Positions 37,508 through 48,267 of a stretch of 64,000 bases of DNA are shown here, in pieces (the first letter of the stretch is position 1; every line of letters starts with the position of its first letter). Source of the stretch: Candidatus Borrarchaeum weybense. Lineage in GTDB: Archaea; Asgardarchaeota; Sifarchaeia; Borrarchaeales; Borrarchaeaceae. The stretch lies in assembly GCA_019057385.1 (NCBI GenBank), contig JAHQJS010000004.1:320001-384000 (forward strand), in the 5' to 3' direction. The notes below the pieces were generated by a model. It saw only the letters and a list, made by a program, of their open reading frames with translations, did not search any database and was not told the DNA's origin. The position numbers were made by a program, and so were the translations under genes.

Positions 37508-40480
37508 TTGACAAAAATGGGAGTTTCATCGTACTTTTCAGGAAGAAAAATAATTGTCTACGTTATGACGGCGTTTGTCGCATGGTTTGCTTGGCTGGAT
37601 AATATTATTGACTACTTATATTTCCTAGGTATCTACGCAGATACATGGCCTTACTACGATGTCTTCACTTTTCCCGACTTCGCATATAATGTCACGCTTG
37701 CACTACCGCTCATCGTCTTTGTAATGACGCTGTTACCAGAAGCTGAAAAATGGAAAAATATTTTGCGTACCATGGGTATCATTGTATTAATTACTGCGCT
37801 GCTAATGTTAGTATCAACAATAAATTTTGTTTTTTACAGACCTTTCATTACGGCTGTTGTTTTAATTGTCATTGCAGGGATATTCACACTTCTTAATTAT
37901 CCGCTTAAGGATAAGACCTTTTGGGGACATGAACCTTGGCAGTGGGCAGTTAATTGGTTCGCGTGTGGAGTTTTTTTTGCATTAATTGGCTTTCTGTTAC
38001 CTCCAGCTGTATTTACTGGGTCTCTTGAATATCCAGTTCTTATAGGACCTTATGTCTGGGCTCTAGTGTTCGCTGTTGGCGGTATACTAGCACTAATTCT
38101 CGGTTTCATCATGCCGGTTGAAACCGGGCTTGTTGAAGGTTTAATTGTTGGTGTGTTTGGTGCGATAGGTACACTCGCTGGTTTGTGGTTATTCTTCTGG
38201 GACACGGAAGTTATACCCCCCGACGGATGGTACATTCAAATCTTAGTTCTATTCATAGTTGCTGGATTTGCTGGCGGGTTTTTCAACCAGTTTAACTTCA
38301 CAAAATATATCATGAATTCGTTTCAAGACTTTATCAAGATGAAACTAGTGTTAGCTCTATGGATCGTTGCGTTACTTGGAGCTCTCGTAGCGTATTTTGC
38401 AATCGCCATCTATTTCCCAAGTGGCGTTCAAAACATTGTTTTACGACAGGTGCTGATATTTCTCGTTCCGTCACTCATTGTAACACCCATAGCATTTCGT
38501 AGCGCCCATTTCTGGCAAGGGCTGCTCATTGGTATCACTACGAGCCTTTCATATTTCAGTGCAATCATTCAAGGCGATCCATCTCTTGAGATCATCGGAC
38601 TTATCGGTTTTCCATTTGTTCCGTTAATTCGCTATTCACCTCCAGAGATATCTATCTATATAGTCAATGGTTTGCTACTGGTGTTAGCAGCTCTATGGGG
38701 TGGCCTTTGGGGTTCAGTTGGAAACTACTTTACAATGGCATATACAGAGATTCCTAAGGAAGGAGATATCGCAAAGAGATTCCGAACAGCATATCTATTT
38801 CGTGACCTATGGTCAAACTACTTCATTCACGGAAAGAACAAAGAAAACGAATTTGAGAAAGCTGAACAATTCAAGTTAGATTTGGATTCGCTGGATCAAG
38901 TGTTAGACCTTGATCTAAAACAGACTGACTTACCAAGATTCGGTGAATACGTTTCTTTTCGCTACATGGACAGAAGTAAGCACTGGGAGACGGTTCCAAA
39001 GCCTTTGAAATCGATAGGCGTCCAGCCGATTAAGGGTTCAGAAAAAGCAAGAGTTGAATACAATAATAAGCACATCGGAGACTTTTATGATCCAAAGGTA
39101 CTAGCTGACAAATATTCCCCAGTATGGAGTCCAATGAATCTAGTATTTCAGCGTACGTTAGTTACCGCGATGCGTCCAATCATTTATGTGCTGTTGGCTG
39201 TCACATTGGTACTTGTAGGCTATAGTATCTACGTTAATTTCACAATAATTGGCGGTGGAATCGAATTTCTAGGACTTGCAGTTACCCAGATAGTTGTTCT
39301 TATCTTCTTGTTCTTCTTTATGTTCAAGTGGTACGGCTTATTCGAACAAACAGTAAACGAGCGACCAGAAGCTTCATCTAGCTTCTTAATCGTAGCTTTA
39401 ATCATTGTCGTAATCATGCTGTACATAACCTACACGGTTAACAGTCTGGGGACGTTCATTGTTACAGGAGCTAACGAAGATCTGATCCGATTCGAAACTA
39501 ACGGCCTATATATAATGCTTCTCATAAACTTCATCTTAGGCATAGGATCTGTTCAAGTGCTTGGCTCAGAAAACATGAACCTCTATTGGTATGATAAGAG
39601 ACCCGAAGCTTTTCCAATGCAATCTCAGGAAGATGCGCCTGTCTGGCTTAAGGGGGACCAGTATTGGGTCTTTAGAAACCTCTTTTGGTGGCCCTTTGAG
39701 CTTACCGTTGGCAGTAAAGGATTGGAGCACGAGGACTGGGAAAGGATCGAGTTGTGGGTCAATGCGAATACGGGGAAGCCAGAGTGGATCATCTCAGATT
39801 ATCATTGGCGCGAACTTTGGTACAGGGTACCAGAACTGGATGAAGAAATAATGATTAAGGTCACGTTTGCAACGAACTTCCACACCCCCATACCTTCGGT
39901 TCTCCGTAAGGCTACATATGACGCATTTGTAGCTCAATTCGAGGGTGCGGGAGCAGCGAGTGCGGTAATTAAATATGCAATTGGTGCAGCGAAATCAGGT
40001 ATCGGTCGAGCGTTTGACTCAATTGGCTCTTCTTTAGGATTAAAGACTAAGGGCGAAAAGGAAAGAGAAGCAAAAACCACTGATGGAATGAAGGCTCGTA
40101 CAAAAGTGCTTGGGAAATATTTTGTCGACGTTGGAGGTCCAGCTAAAGGGATCTGTGGAAAACAAATGGCAGCAACAGACTTTAACTTCTTTAGATATCC
40201 TTACGGATGTGCAAGTACTAAGAATGTTGGAACCGGCAGTGCAATTGATATTAAATACTTTTATAGGGAAAAAGATTTCGTTCCACCAATAAAAGAACCT
40301 GGGACGGGATTTAACCTAAAAGCAGAGAAAAAGGATGGACTAGGGTTTAAAATATCAGTAGATGAGACAGCACCACAACTATGCATGGATTGTGGAGAAC
40401 CATACAACGTACTTGAAACTGTAATTTGCCCGGCTTGTGGCGCAAACAATGAAGCGGCGTATAGAATGCCAATCGAATAA
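37508..40480 (+). CDS. Large polytopic membrane protein with H-x-DWE (Vps62/NPP1-like) domain and C-terminal Zn ribbon
   Basis: >12 hydrophobic segments; EHEDWERIELWV..SDYHW..NFHTP; CxxC..CxxC. Confidence 0.6.
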   Translation: MTKMGVSSYFSGRKIIVYVMTAFVAWFAWLDNIIDYLYFLGIYADTWPYYDVFTFPDFAYNVTLALPLIVFVMTLLPEAEKWKNILRTMGIIVLITALLMLVSTINFVFYRPFITAVVLIVIAGIFTLLNYPLKDKTFWGHEPWQWAVNWFACGVFFALIGFLLPPAVFTGSLEYPVLIGPYVWALVFAVGGILALILGFIMPVETGLVEGLIVGVFGAIGTLAGLWLFFWDTEVIPPDGWYIQILVLFIVAGFAGGFFNQFNFTKYIMNSFQDFIKMKLVLALWIVALLGALVAYFAIAIYFPSGVQNIVLRQVLIFLVPSLIVTPIAFRSAHFWQGLLIGITTSLSYFSAIIQGDPSLEIIGLIGFPFVPLIRYSPPEISIYIVNGLLLVLAALWGGLWGSVGNYFTMAYTEIPKEGDIAKRFRTAYLFRDLWSNYFIHGKNKENEFEKAEQFKLDLDSLDQVLDLDLKQTDLPRFGEYVSFRYMDRSKHWETVPKPLKSIGVQPIKGSEKARVEYNNKHIGDFYDPKVLADKYSPVWSPMNLVFQRTLVTAMRPIIYVLLAVTLVLVGYSIYVNFTIIGGGIEFLGLAVTQIVVLIFLFFFMFKWYGLFEQTVNERPEASSSFLIVALIIVVIMLYITYTVNSLGTFIVTGANEDLIRFETNGLYIMLLINFILGIGSVQVLGSENMNLYWYDKRPEAFPMQSQEDAPVWLKGDQYWVFRNLFWWPFELTVGSKGLEHEDWERIELWVNANTGKPEWIISDYHWRELWYRVPELDEEIMIKVTFATNFHTPIPSVLRKATYDAFVAQFEGAGAASAVIKYAIGAAKSGIGRAFDSIGSSLGLKTKGEKEREAKTTDGMKARTKVLGKYFVDVGGPAKGICGKQMAATDFNFFRYPYGCASTKNVGTGSAIDIKYFYREKDFVPPIKEPGTGFNLKAEKKDGLGFKISVDETAPQLCMDCGEPYNVLETVICPACGANNEAAYRMPIE

Positions 40481-40538
40481 AAGACTTTTTTTGTCTACTC
40501 TTTTTTTTTATTTTAAAAGAAAAGATGAAGGTTAAGAA

Positions 40539-41309
40539 ATGACTCAATTGCCTTGGATTATAGCTCACCGAGGAGCGTCAGGTTATTATCCAGAAAATAC
40601 TCTTCCTTCTTTCTTAGGAGCAGTTGAATTGGGTGCAACTTGTGTTGAAATGGATATTCAGCCAACAGCAGATAAAAAATTGGTCGTTTTCCACGACAAG
40701 ACAATGGAACGTATTGTTGGTGTTCCAAAAAAGATCACTGACCTATTATGGCAAGAAGTCATCCAATACGATGTAGGACGTTGGAAAGCCCCAAAGTGGG
40801 AAGGAACAAAGATCCCGCTTTTTAAGGAAGTCTTGGAAAAACTTCCACGATCTATGAAATTGAATTTAGAGCTCAAATATTATTCTCCGAAGGATGATTG
40901 GTTTGAAGGATCAGTTCTTGAAGTTGCCTTGGAATATGATCTTCCCAGTAGAGGATATCTCGCTATCAAACATGTTGAAACCATTTCATTCGTGAAAAAA
41001 CGGGCACCTGACTGTCCTTTGGGCCTATTACAGAAAGGAAGAACTCCAAAAGAAACATTTGATCTTTGTTGTAAGTGGGACCTTCCATTTGTTCAAATTA
41101 GAAGAACAGCGTTAACTAGTGAATGGATTGATCGCTTTCATGAACAGGGGATCAGAGTTAATTTCTTTTACTCGGATGACCCCGAGGAAATGAAGCATCT
41201 TTTGAAAGATCTCAAAATTGACGGAATTCTAACGAATTATCCGGACAGGGCAGTACAAGTGTTCCAAGAACTTGGCTTGCCCCTTACAAAATACAAAGAT
41301 TTCTCTTAG
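40539..41309 (+). CDS. Glycerophosphodiester phosphodiesterase
   Basis: IAHRGASG..PENT, EMDIQ, FHD, NLELK, GILTNYP. Confidence 0.93.
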   Translation: MTQLPWIIAHRGASGYYPENTLPSFLGAVELGATCVEMDIQPTADKKLVVFHDKTMERIVGVPKKITDLLWQEVIQYDVGRWKAPKWEGTKIPLFKEVLEKLPRSMKLNLELKYYSPKDDWFEGSVLEVALEYDLPSRGYLAIKHVETISFVKKRAPDCPLGLLQKGRTPKETFDLCCKWDLPFVQIRRTALTSEWIDRFHEQGIRVNFFYSDDPEEMKHLLKDLKIDGILTNYPDRAVQVFQELGLPLTKYKDFS

Positions 41310-41433
41310 TGTTATACTTCTTTATAATCCCTTCTGATTAATTCATCATTTTCAGCTTTGAGATCATAAGCTCAATTAGTCATTAATTAGAAAATCTAAA
41401 AATCTTTAAGATGAATATGAACACAATTAAATT

Positions 41434-42813
41434 ATGGAAAAAATACTTGCCTGCATTGATGGGGAACATTACTTGCCTGTCACGAAAGCAGCGATAGAAA
41501 AGTTAAATAATTTGCCAGATCAAGAAGTTGTTGCTGCGTTATTTCTAGGCGGCACCGAAAAAATTGGAGATCTTAATGAAATTGAGCAATATCTGAACTT
41601 ACCCATTTATTTTCTTGACAAAAAGAGTAATTTCGAGGCAGTTTTACACAAAATAATAAAGCAGCGCAAGATCAGTTCTGTCTTCGATCTTAGTGGTGAA
41701 CCCGTAGTGACTTCTCTAGATCGAATGGATTTTGCGTGCGCCGCTTTATTTGAAGGATGTAGTTATAAAGGCGCAGACTTTCAATTCATCCCCATTGACT
41801 TTATAGAGGCTAGAAAACCTGTAATAAGTGTTATTGGTACAGGAAAACGAGTTGGGAAAACAGCTGTTGCAGGTTACATCGCACGTGTTATCAAAGAAAC
41901 GAAATGGACACCTTGCATACTTACTATGGGCAGAGGAGGTCCAGAAACTCCTGAATTAATCCGAGGCGACCAATTAATTGTCAACGCGGAATCTCTTCTT
42001 AAAGTTGCGCGACAGGGCAAACACGCAGCCAGTGATTATTGGGAAGATGCTCTAACTAGTAGAGTTATAACGATAGGTTGCAGAAGATGTGCAGGAGGGT
42101 TAGCAGGGGCACCCTTCCTGGATAATGTAGAAGAAGGAGTCAGAACCGCTGAAAAATTAACTATCGATTTAATCATTGCCGAAGGTAGCGGACCAAGTAT
42201 TCCTCCGGTGATGGCGCAGTCCTTTATTATTGTAATCGGTGCACAACAACCTCTTTCTAACGTTAAAGATGTTTTGAATCCCTATAGGATAAAACTTTCC
42301 GAACTTGCGATTATAACAAATTGCGAAACTCCCCTTGCGACTGATGATAAGATTCAAGAAATCTGCACCACTATAAAAGAGATAAATCCAAAGATTAAGA
42401 TATGTTGTACAACTTTTCGTCCTAAAGTTTTAGGTGATATACAGAATAAAACTGTGTTTTATGCAACAACAATGCCTATTGAAATGATGAAAACTGTAGT
42501 TAACTATTTAGAGCAAAATTACAATTGTAATATATTAGGAACAAGTGTGCATCTCTCAGATCGCGCAAAATTGAAGGAAGATCTTAAGAAATTAACTCAC
42601 GCGGATGTCCTTGTGACTGAATTAAAGGCTTCAGCTGTTGATGTAGCGACTAAGACTGCGTTTCAGATGGGAAAGCCAACTATCTATTGTGATAATGAAC
42701 TCCAGATAGTGGAGTATGCTGACGGAGAAATAAACTCAATTCAAGAGCTTGATTCGTATCTTATTGAGATCACAAAAAGGATTGTAAAAGGAGGGTCAAC
42801 TACCCCACCCTAA
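41434..42813 (+). CDS. cpgS: Cyclic 2,3-diphosphoglycerate synthetase
   Basis: IDGEHY, GGTEK, GTGKRVGKTAV, MGRGGP, HAASDYWEDA, ELKASAVD. Confidence 0.88.
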   Translation: MEKILACIDGEHYLPVTKAAIEKLNNLPDQEVVAALFLGGTEKIGDLNEIEQYLNLPIYFLDKKSNFEAVLHKIIKQRKISSVFDLSGEPVVTSLDRMDFACAALFEGCSYKGADFQFIPIDFIEARKPVISVIGTGKRVGKTAVAGYIARVIKETKWTPCILTMGRGGPETPELIRGDQLIVNAESLLKVARQGKHAASDYWEDALTSRVITIGCRRCAGGLAGAPFLDNVEEGVRTAEKLTIDLIIAEGSGPSIPPVMAQSFIIVIGAQQPLSNVKDVLNPYRIKLSELAIITNCETPLATDDKIQEICTTIKEINPKIKICCTTFRPKVLGDIQNKTVFYATTMPIEMMKTVVNYLEQNYNCNILGTSVHLSDRAKLKEDLKKLTHADVLVTELKASAVDVATKTAFQMGKPTIYCDNELQIVEYADGEINSIQELDSYLIEITKRIVKGGSTTPP

Positions 42814-42829
42814 AGGGGCGGGGGCTTTC
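42795..42829 (+). repeat. Solo IS200/IS605-type left-end palindrome
   Basis: GTCAACTACCCCACCC-TAAA-GGGGCGGGGGCTT. Confidence 0.65.
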
Positions 42830-42850
42830 AGAGACAGGAGAGGCGAAGTA

Positions 42851-43768
42851 ATGGGAGTCAAACACATAACGATTAAAGCAGATAATTATGATTATCCCTA
42901 CAGTAGGGGTTTGTTAGCAACACGCATGATGGTAACTGGTCTCGACTTAGTTGATGCGTACAAAACAGCTGAAGCAATAGCTTTAGAACTGGAACTGCAG
43001 GATATCTGGGAACTTACAGAAGCCAAACTTAATGATCTCGTCAGTGATATTCTCGAAAAAGAGGGCAAAATACTTCATGCTACTCGATATCGTAATTTTC
43101 TCAAATTTAAGAGTAGGCATGAACCTCTGATTATTCTGATTAGCGGTGCTACAGGCATCGGTAAATCTACTATTGCACTGAATTTAGCGGCTCGATTAGC
43201 TATTAGTCACATAGTAGGAACTGATACTATCAGAGAAGTCATGCGTAAAGTATTATCTTCAGAATTAGTCCCTTCATTACATTCTTCCTCGTATGCTGCT
43301 CACAAATCTATGAAAGAATATGTAAGTCCAATTTACAATAAAGTGATTATAGGCTTCGAGGAACAGGCGAGACTTGTCGTTTCTGGAATTGAAGCTGTGA
43401 TTGCTCGTGCGTTGACAGAAGGAATAAGCATAATTGTTGATGGCGTCCATATATTGCCCTCAATCATGGATCCAAAACTGCTCAAATCACCAAATATTAT
43501 ACCAGTGTTTCTTCATCTTTCAAACGCGGAGGATCATATGATGAGATTCCACGAGCGTGCGAAAACGAAGGTAATGAGAAAACCACTTGAGGATTATTTA
43601 GAAAATTTTGATGGCATCCGAATAATACAGGACCATCTTTTAGAGCAGGCAAGATTACATGGTATCCCGTTAATCGAAAACATGCTAATCGAAACTACCA
43701 TTAGAAAGATTTTGGATATAGTTTTTGAACGCATTGAAAAGCTTATAACAACACCATTAAAAACCTGA
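42851..43768 (+). CDS. pgk2: 2-phosphoglycerate kinase
   Basis: PYSRGLL, GATGIGKS, TDTIREVMR, LHSSSY, DGVH. Confidence 0.9.
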   Translation: MGVKHITIKADNYDYPYSRGLLATRMMVTGLDLVDAYKTAEAIALELELQDIWELTEAKLNDLVSDILEKEGKILHATRYRNFLKFKSRHEPLIILISGATGIGKSTIALNLAARLAISHIVGTDTIREVMRKVLSSELVPSLHSSSYAAHKSMKEYVSPIYNKVIIGFEEQARLVVSGIEAVIARALTEGISIIVDGVHILPSIMDPKLLKSPNIIPVFLHLSNAEDHMMRFHERAKTKVMRKPLEDYLENFDGIRIIQDHLLEQARLHGIPLIENMLIETTIRKILDIVFERIEKLITTPLKT

Positions 43769-43799
43769 AGAACATCTCAAACGCAAAGAGGGAACAACT

Positions 43800-45335
43800 T
43801 TGGCAAGATTTGTCATTATGTCTGACTCCCACATCACGGAAGGTCAAGAGTTTAACAAAGATATTTTCAAAATGGGGGTAGACTTAATCTGTTCTATTAA
43901 AGCCGATTTTTATTTTCATTTAGGAGATATAGTCGAATCAGGAACACTTGCAGACTATAAATTAGCTGAAGAACTCCTCCTACCGATAAAAAACAGACTT
44001 ATTTTCATTCCTGGAAATCATGATGCCAGAAATGTAGGAGATCGCTTATACGGGGAATTTTATGGAGACAGGGAATTTGAGATGGAAACAAAAATCGATG
44101 GGACAAAGTTTTATATCACTGGATTAGACAGTTCAATTCCGGATCAGAATAGTGGACGCGTTGGACGTCGATCTCGGCATACTCTTTCTAAAAGATTGGA
44201 TCAACTAGATGACGATTTAATCAAAGTAGTTGTGTTTCATCATCATTTACTCCCAATTCCCAATACTGGAAGGGAACGTTCTACTATCGATGATGCAGGA
44301 GATATGTTAAAAGTTTTGCTGGATTACGATGTGGATATAGTGATAAATGGTCATCGCCACATTTCTAACGTTTATAAGATAACTGACGGTAGCCATGAAC
44401 TGATTGTAATCAACAATGGAACCTTTTCTGCTAATAAAACACGATATCGTGAACTTCATTCCTTCTCGATTATAAACGTCATTCCTGAGGAAGTAACAAC
44501 AAGCAGAATTCAAATCTATACGAATAAAGAAAAGAAAGTTACCAAAAAGTATCGTCATCATCCCGCTTTGCGTTTTGGCGGCGAGAAACTATGTCGGATA
44601 GTTCATATCTCTGACACTCATTTTACCCAAGGACGCGAATTTCAAGAAGCAAATTATGATAAAGCTGTAGAATTAATCAATAAGTCTGGGGCGGACGTTA
44701 TAGTCCATACTGGAGATGTAACGAATGAAGCCTACCGATTGAGCTATAAGATAGCAGCTGATAAATTAAGTAAACTTCAGTTACCGAAAGTGATTGTACC
44801 CGGACATCGCGATTGCTACGCCATTGGGTGGGAACTGTTCCCAGAGATGATAGGTCCTATGGATCCCGTATGGGAGTCACCGAACCTTAAAATCATCGGG
44901 ATAAATACCAGCTTACTTGAGGAAGAGGTCGGTTCTGTTGGAAGATTCGAACTGCAAAAAGTTCTAGATGAAATTCATGCCACAAAAGAACAAAAAATTG
45001 TAGTTGTAGCGATGCATCATCATCTCGTTCCGGTTCCTAATACCAAACACGTTGCTTCCCTAACTGATGCAGGTGAGGTATTATCTGCTCTTGGAAAAAG
45101 CGGAGTGGATTTAGTGTTAACAGGTCATAAGCACATAACGTGGAGTGTACAAGTTGAGGACGCCATTATTAGCAACTGTGGCAGTTTATCAAGTGCTAAA
45201 GTGCTCTCGCTTGCGGGGAATGTGTTCAATATCCTCGATGTATACGAGAACGGATATGTTCAAATTGATGAAGTGTCCCTTGACGAAAATATGCGAAGAA
45301 CGACAGGACGTTTTATGATTCCTGTCCTAAAGTAA
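43800..45335 (+). CDS. Tandem calcineurin-like metallophosphoesterase
   Basis: Two repeats of DxH / GD / PGNHD (PGHRD) / HHH / GHxH. Confidence 0.88.
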   Translation: MARFVIMSDSHITEGQEFNKDIFKMGVDLICSIKADFYFHLGDIVESGTLADYKLAEELLLPIKNRLIFIPGNHDARNVGDRLYGEFYGDREFEMETKIDGTKFYITGLDSSIPDQNSGRVGRRSRHTLSKRLDQLDDDLIKVVVFHHHLLPIPNTGRERSTIDDAGDMLKVLLDYDVDIVINGHRHISNVYKITDGSHELIVINNGTFSANKTRYRELHSFSIINVIPEEVTTSRIQIYTNKEKKVTKKYRHHPALRFGGEKLCRIVHISDTHFTQGREFQEANYDKAVELINKSGADVIVHTGDVTNEAYRLSYKIAADKLSKLQLPKVIVPGHRDCYAIGWELFPEMIGPMDPVWESPNLKIIGINTSLLEEEVGSVGRFELQKVLDEIHATKEQKIVVVAMHHHLVPVPNTKHVASLTDAGEVLSALGKSGVDLVLTGHKHITWSVQVEDAIISNCGSLSSAKVLSLAGNVFNILDVYENGYVQIDEVSLDENMRRTTGRFMIPVLK

Positions 45336-45377
45336 CTGAACTTCTAACTCATAAGTTGAATTCATGTTGGGGGTAGT

Positions 45378-46781
45378 TCAAGCGGATAGCTTGCTTTCAA
45401 AGAAGTCAGCAACTTTCATCTTTGGTGTTTCATAATCGGATAATTCTACATCAATAGCCTCTACAGCCACTGCGCTAACATCACATAAATTCAACTTCTT
45501 ATTTTGCAAGTACTTTTGGAGCCTTTCCTTGATCCAGTGAGGCTTTGTGAGTTTGTGCCCGTCAAAATACGCGAAGAAAGTATATATTTGGGTGCACCCT
45601 GGCGTGATTCCTCCATGATTTGCTTTTCTATAGATGATGTCATAACCATATCCTTCATTAGCTGTTCCGATTACATGTCCAAATTTATCTCGACTATAAC
45701 CAACGTCCTTGCCAAAGATGTTTTCTATTTCTTCATATTCCGGCGTGAAATGAACCCAGCGATTAGCCGGCATCCTTTTCAGCCGATCAACAAGCTCATG
45801 AATCTGTTTACTTCGTGAATGTATTAGGTCTTCGGTAAACCATATTCTAAACCCTCTTCTCCCATCAGTTGCGATTGCATAATCGTTTTCAGAGAATCCA
45901 TTCATACTGGCAAGTTGTTGGATAGTTGCAGTAATTGGGAAAATTTCTGGCGTATCGGAGTTACCATGATCAGTCGTCAAGATAAACAAAGTATCGTCTC
46001 CCATCGCGAACAATAACTTACGTATCATTTCAATTGCATTTCTTAACACTTCTGCAGCCGTTAATGATTTTGTTCCATCAGTATGGATGGCCTTGTCTGG
46101 TCCACCGATCGTCCCTGTGATAACGCTTGGATTATATACGTTAATCAATTCTGCGACCTTTGCCGTGAGTACATCATCCATCTCACCGAATTTATCTACT
46201 CCTACATGTTCGCCTCCGAAGATACGTTCCCTGATTTTCTTACGTCTTTCATTTAGTTCGTCAAACGGCTCTCTCTTTCCATTGTGATAGATACCAGAAG
46301 GAATTGCAATCTGATGGAAGGGTGAATAAGATGTAGACAAAGACCCGTTTTCCTTAGTCATTCGCATGTATAGCTGAAGGGTACGTTGACCTCCCTCGTC
46401 GCCAGGATCTACCGTTTCTTTTGAAATCCCTCCTTCTGAAATTCCGCATCCCTTATTTCCGAATCCGAGCAAAGTGTGGCCAGCGTCCTTTAAATCATCA
46501 AAAACTGATCTATATTTCTTAAAAATATCTAAAGGAGGGTTAATCACCTTCATTTGTTCGATGTCGACAAATCTGTTGCCTACTAAATTCGTTTCAAACG
46601 GCGACAACCTATAACTCAAGGCTACGTGACCTGGTCTTGAGACTGAAAAAATATCTACAAGTGTGGGGACTTTAAACGTATTATCATCGATATAGTTAAG
46701 AAATCCCCCATTAGGAGAGTTAACAGCGGTTTCCCAGCAGTTAATAGCTAATCCATCAATAATCACATAGCATAGTTTCAT
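45378..46781 (-). CDS. Alkaline phosphatase superfamily protein
   Basis: VIIDGL, SRPGH, PDKAIH, TTDHG, NHGG; start reassigned to MKLCYV. Confidence 0.75.
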   Translation of the reverse strand: MKLCYVIIDGLAINCWETAVNSPNGGFLNYIDDNTFKVPTLVDIFSVSRPGHVALSYRLSPFETNLVGNRFVDIEQMKVINPPLDIFKKYRSVFDDLKDAGHTLLGFGNKGCGISEGGISKETVDPGDEGGQRTLQLYMRMTKENGSLSTSYSPFHQIAIPSGIYHNGKREPFDELNERRKKIRERIFGGEHVGVDKFGEMDDVLTAKVAELINVYNPSVITGTIGGPDKAIHTDGTKSLTAAEVLRNAIEMIRKLLFAMGDDTLFILTTDHGNSDTPEIFPITATIQQLASMNGFSENDYAIATDGRRGFRIWFTEDLIHSRSKQIHELVDRLKRMPANRWVHFTPEYEEIENIFGKDVGYSRDKFGHVIGTANEGYGYDIIYRKANHGGITPGCTQIYTFFAYFDGHKLTKPHWIKERLQKYLQNKKLNLCDVSAVAVEAIDVELSDYETPKMKVADFFESKLSA

Positions 46782-46866
46782 AATATTCTCCAGTATACAA
46801 AACGGTATTGCTAAATATTTATCCCTTTCGTCAATTACATAGAAAAAATAAGGGGAAAATACCCTG

Positions 46867-48252
46867 TTATCCGCGTAAACTGTGAAATGGGGCGGGTGTA
46901 CGTCCTCCTCTTTTAACAAAGGTATCTGATCGGTAAGGTTTTGTATTGAGAACTGGAGCTTTCCCCATCAAACCACCATACTCTATCATTTCGCCTCCAT
47001 AACTTTTTGGTACCGGAATAATCCGTACACCTGCAGGCTTGTCATTGGCAATAGCTATTGCGATTTGATCTGCGATGATTGCTGAAATCGTTTCTTTGCT
47101 TGTGTCTCCTGGTATTAGCACCATATCGATCCCCAGTGCACACACACTGCTCATAGCATGAAGCGTTGTAATATCGATTGCACCTCTTTTTGCTGCCTCT
47201 GACATACCCTGATCCTCCATAACTGGGATAAAAACACCCGAAAGTCCTCCTACATAACTACTGGCCATCGCACCGCCTTTTTTCAGGGCATCAGCAAGAA
47301 TAGCAAGCGCTGCTATCGATCCATGACCTCCGCACTCTTCTAGCCCCATTGCCTGTACAATCTCTGCAACTGAGCCTCCATTTGGATCAGGGGCTAAACT
47401 GATATCTACTGCACCAAACTCAATCCCTAGCGCTTTTGCGATTTGTCTGCCAATTAGCTCACCGGCACGTGTCACTTTAAAAGTAGCAGCCTTGATTTCA
47501 TCGGCCAATTTCCCAATATCTGCGTTTTCACCAATTTCTTGTATTGCTGCTTTGATCACGCCAGGTCCGCTAATTCCGATAACAACTGTTGCGTCAGGTC
47601 CACCTGGACTGGCAAATGCACCAGGCATAAAAGGTGTATCTTCCATTGCGTTAGCAAAGACAGTAAATTTTGCACAACCAATTCCGTTAGGTGTTTTTTG
47701 AGCAACGTTTAGAATGATTTCACCCATTTTGGCAATTGCATCAAAATTGATGCCCGCATGAGTTGTCGCCACATTTACAAAACCGCAAACCGTTTTAGTT
47801 TTGCTCATAACTTCGGGGAGGGATTCTATTAGTACAGTATCTGCTTTTGTGAAACCTCGATGAACAAAAGTTGAATACCCACCAACATAATCAACCCCAG
47901 ATTCCTTTGCAATTTTATCCAACGACTTAGCGATTTTTAAGGCAATATTGATACTTTCATCCATATCCTCATTTTCGACCATTGGGCCTAATAATTGTGA
48001 TATGGGGGTTACGGCTAGCCTTTTATTGACGATTGGAACACCAAAACGCTCTTCAATATCTGAGATCTTATCAATAAATTTCTTAATAAACGGGGGCATA
48101 TTTGTTTCCATGAGCGAAATTGTATGATCAGGATCATCACGAGCATATTTTTGGATGTTCATTGCTAAAGTGGTTGCACGTATGTTCAAGTTTTCAAGCC
48201 AAAACATACGAACGGTATCCAAAATTTCACTTGGAGATAAAAGTAATGGCAT
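46867..48252 (-). CDS. UPF0210/DUF711 (PFL-like) protein
   Basis: GVPIVNKRLAVTP, DTPFMPGA, SGPGV, VGGLSGVFIPV.ED. Confidence 0.92.
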   Translation of the reverse strand: MPLLLSPSEILDTVRMFWLENLNIRATTLAMNIQKYARDDPDHTISLMETNMPPFIKKFIDKISDIEERFGVPIVNKRLAVTPISQLLGPMVENEDMDESINIALKIAKSLDKIAKESGVDYVGGYSTFVHRGFTKADTVLIESLPEVMSKTKTVCGFVNVATTHAGINFDAIAKMGEIILNVAQKTPNGIGCAKFTVFANAMEDTPFMPGAFASPGGPDATVVIGISGPGVIKAAIQEIGENADIGKLADEIKAATFKVTRAGELIGRQIAKALGIEFGAVDISLAPDPNGGSVAEIVQAMGLEECGGHGSIAALAILADALKKGGAMASSYVGGLSGVFIPVMEDQGMSEAAKRGAIDITTLHAMSSVCALGIDMVLIPGDTSKETISAIIADQIAIAIANDKPAGVRIIPVPKSYGGEMIEYGGLMGKAPVLNTKPYRSDTFVKRGGRTPAPFHSLRG

Positions 48253-48267
48253 ATCTTTTTTTCACTC

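Noticed and set aside
46782-46919. N-terminal extensions in the ORF track (45378-46919, 11740-12153, 15808-16215, 18011-18997, 29922-30206)
   Set aside because: They overlap neighbouring genes or promoters; family homology begins at downstream starts.
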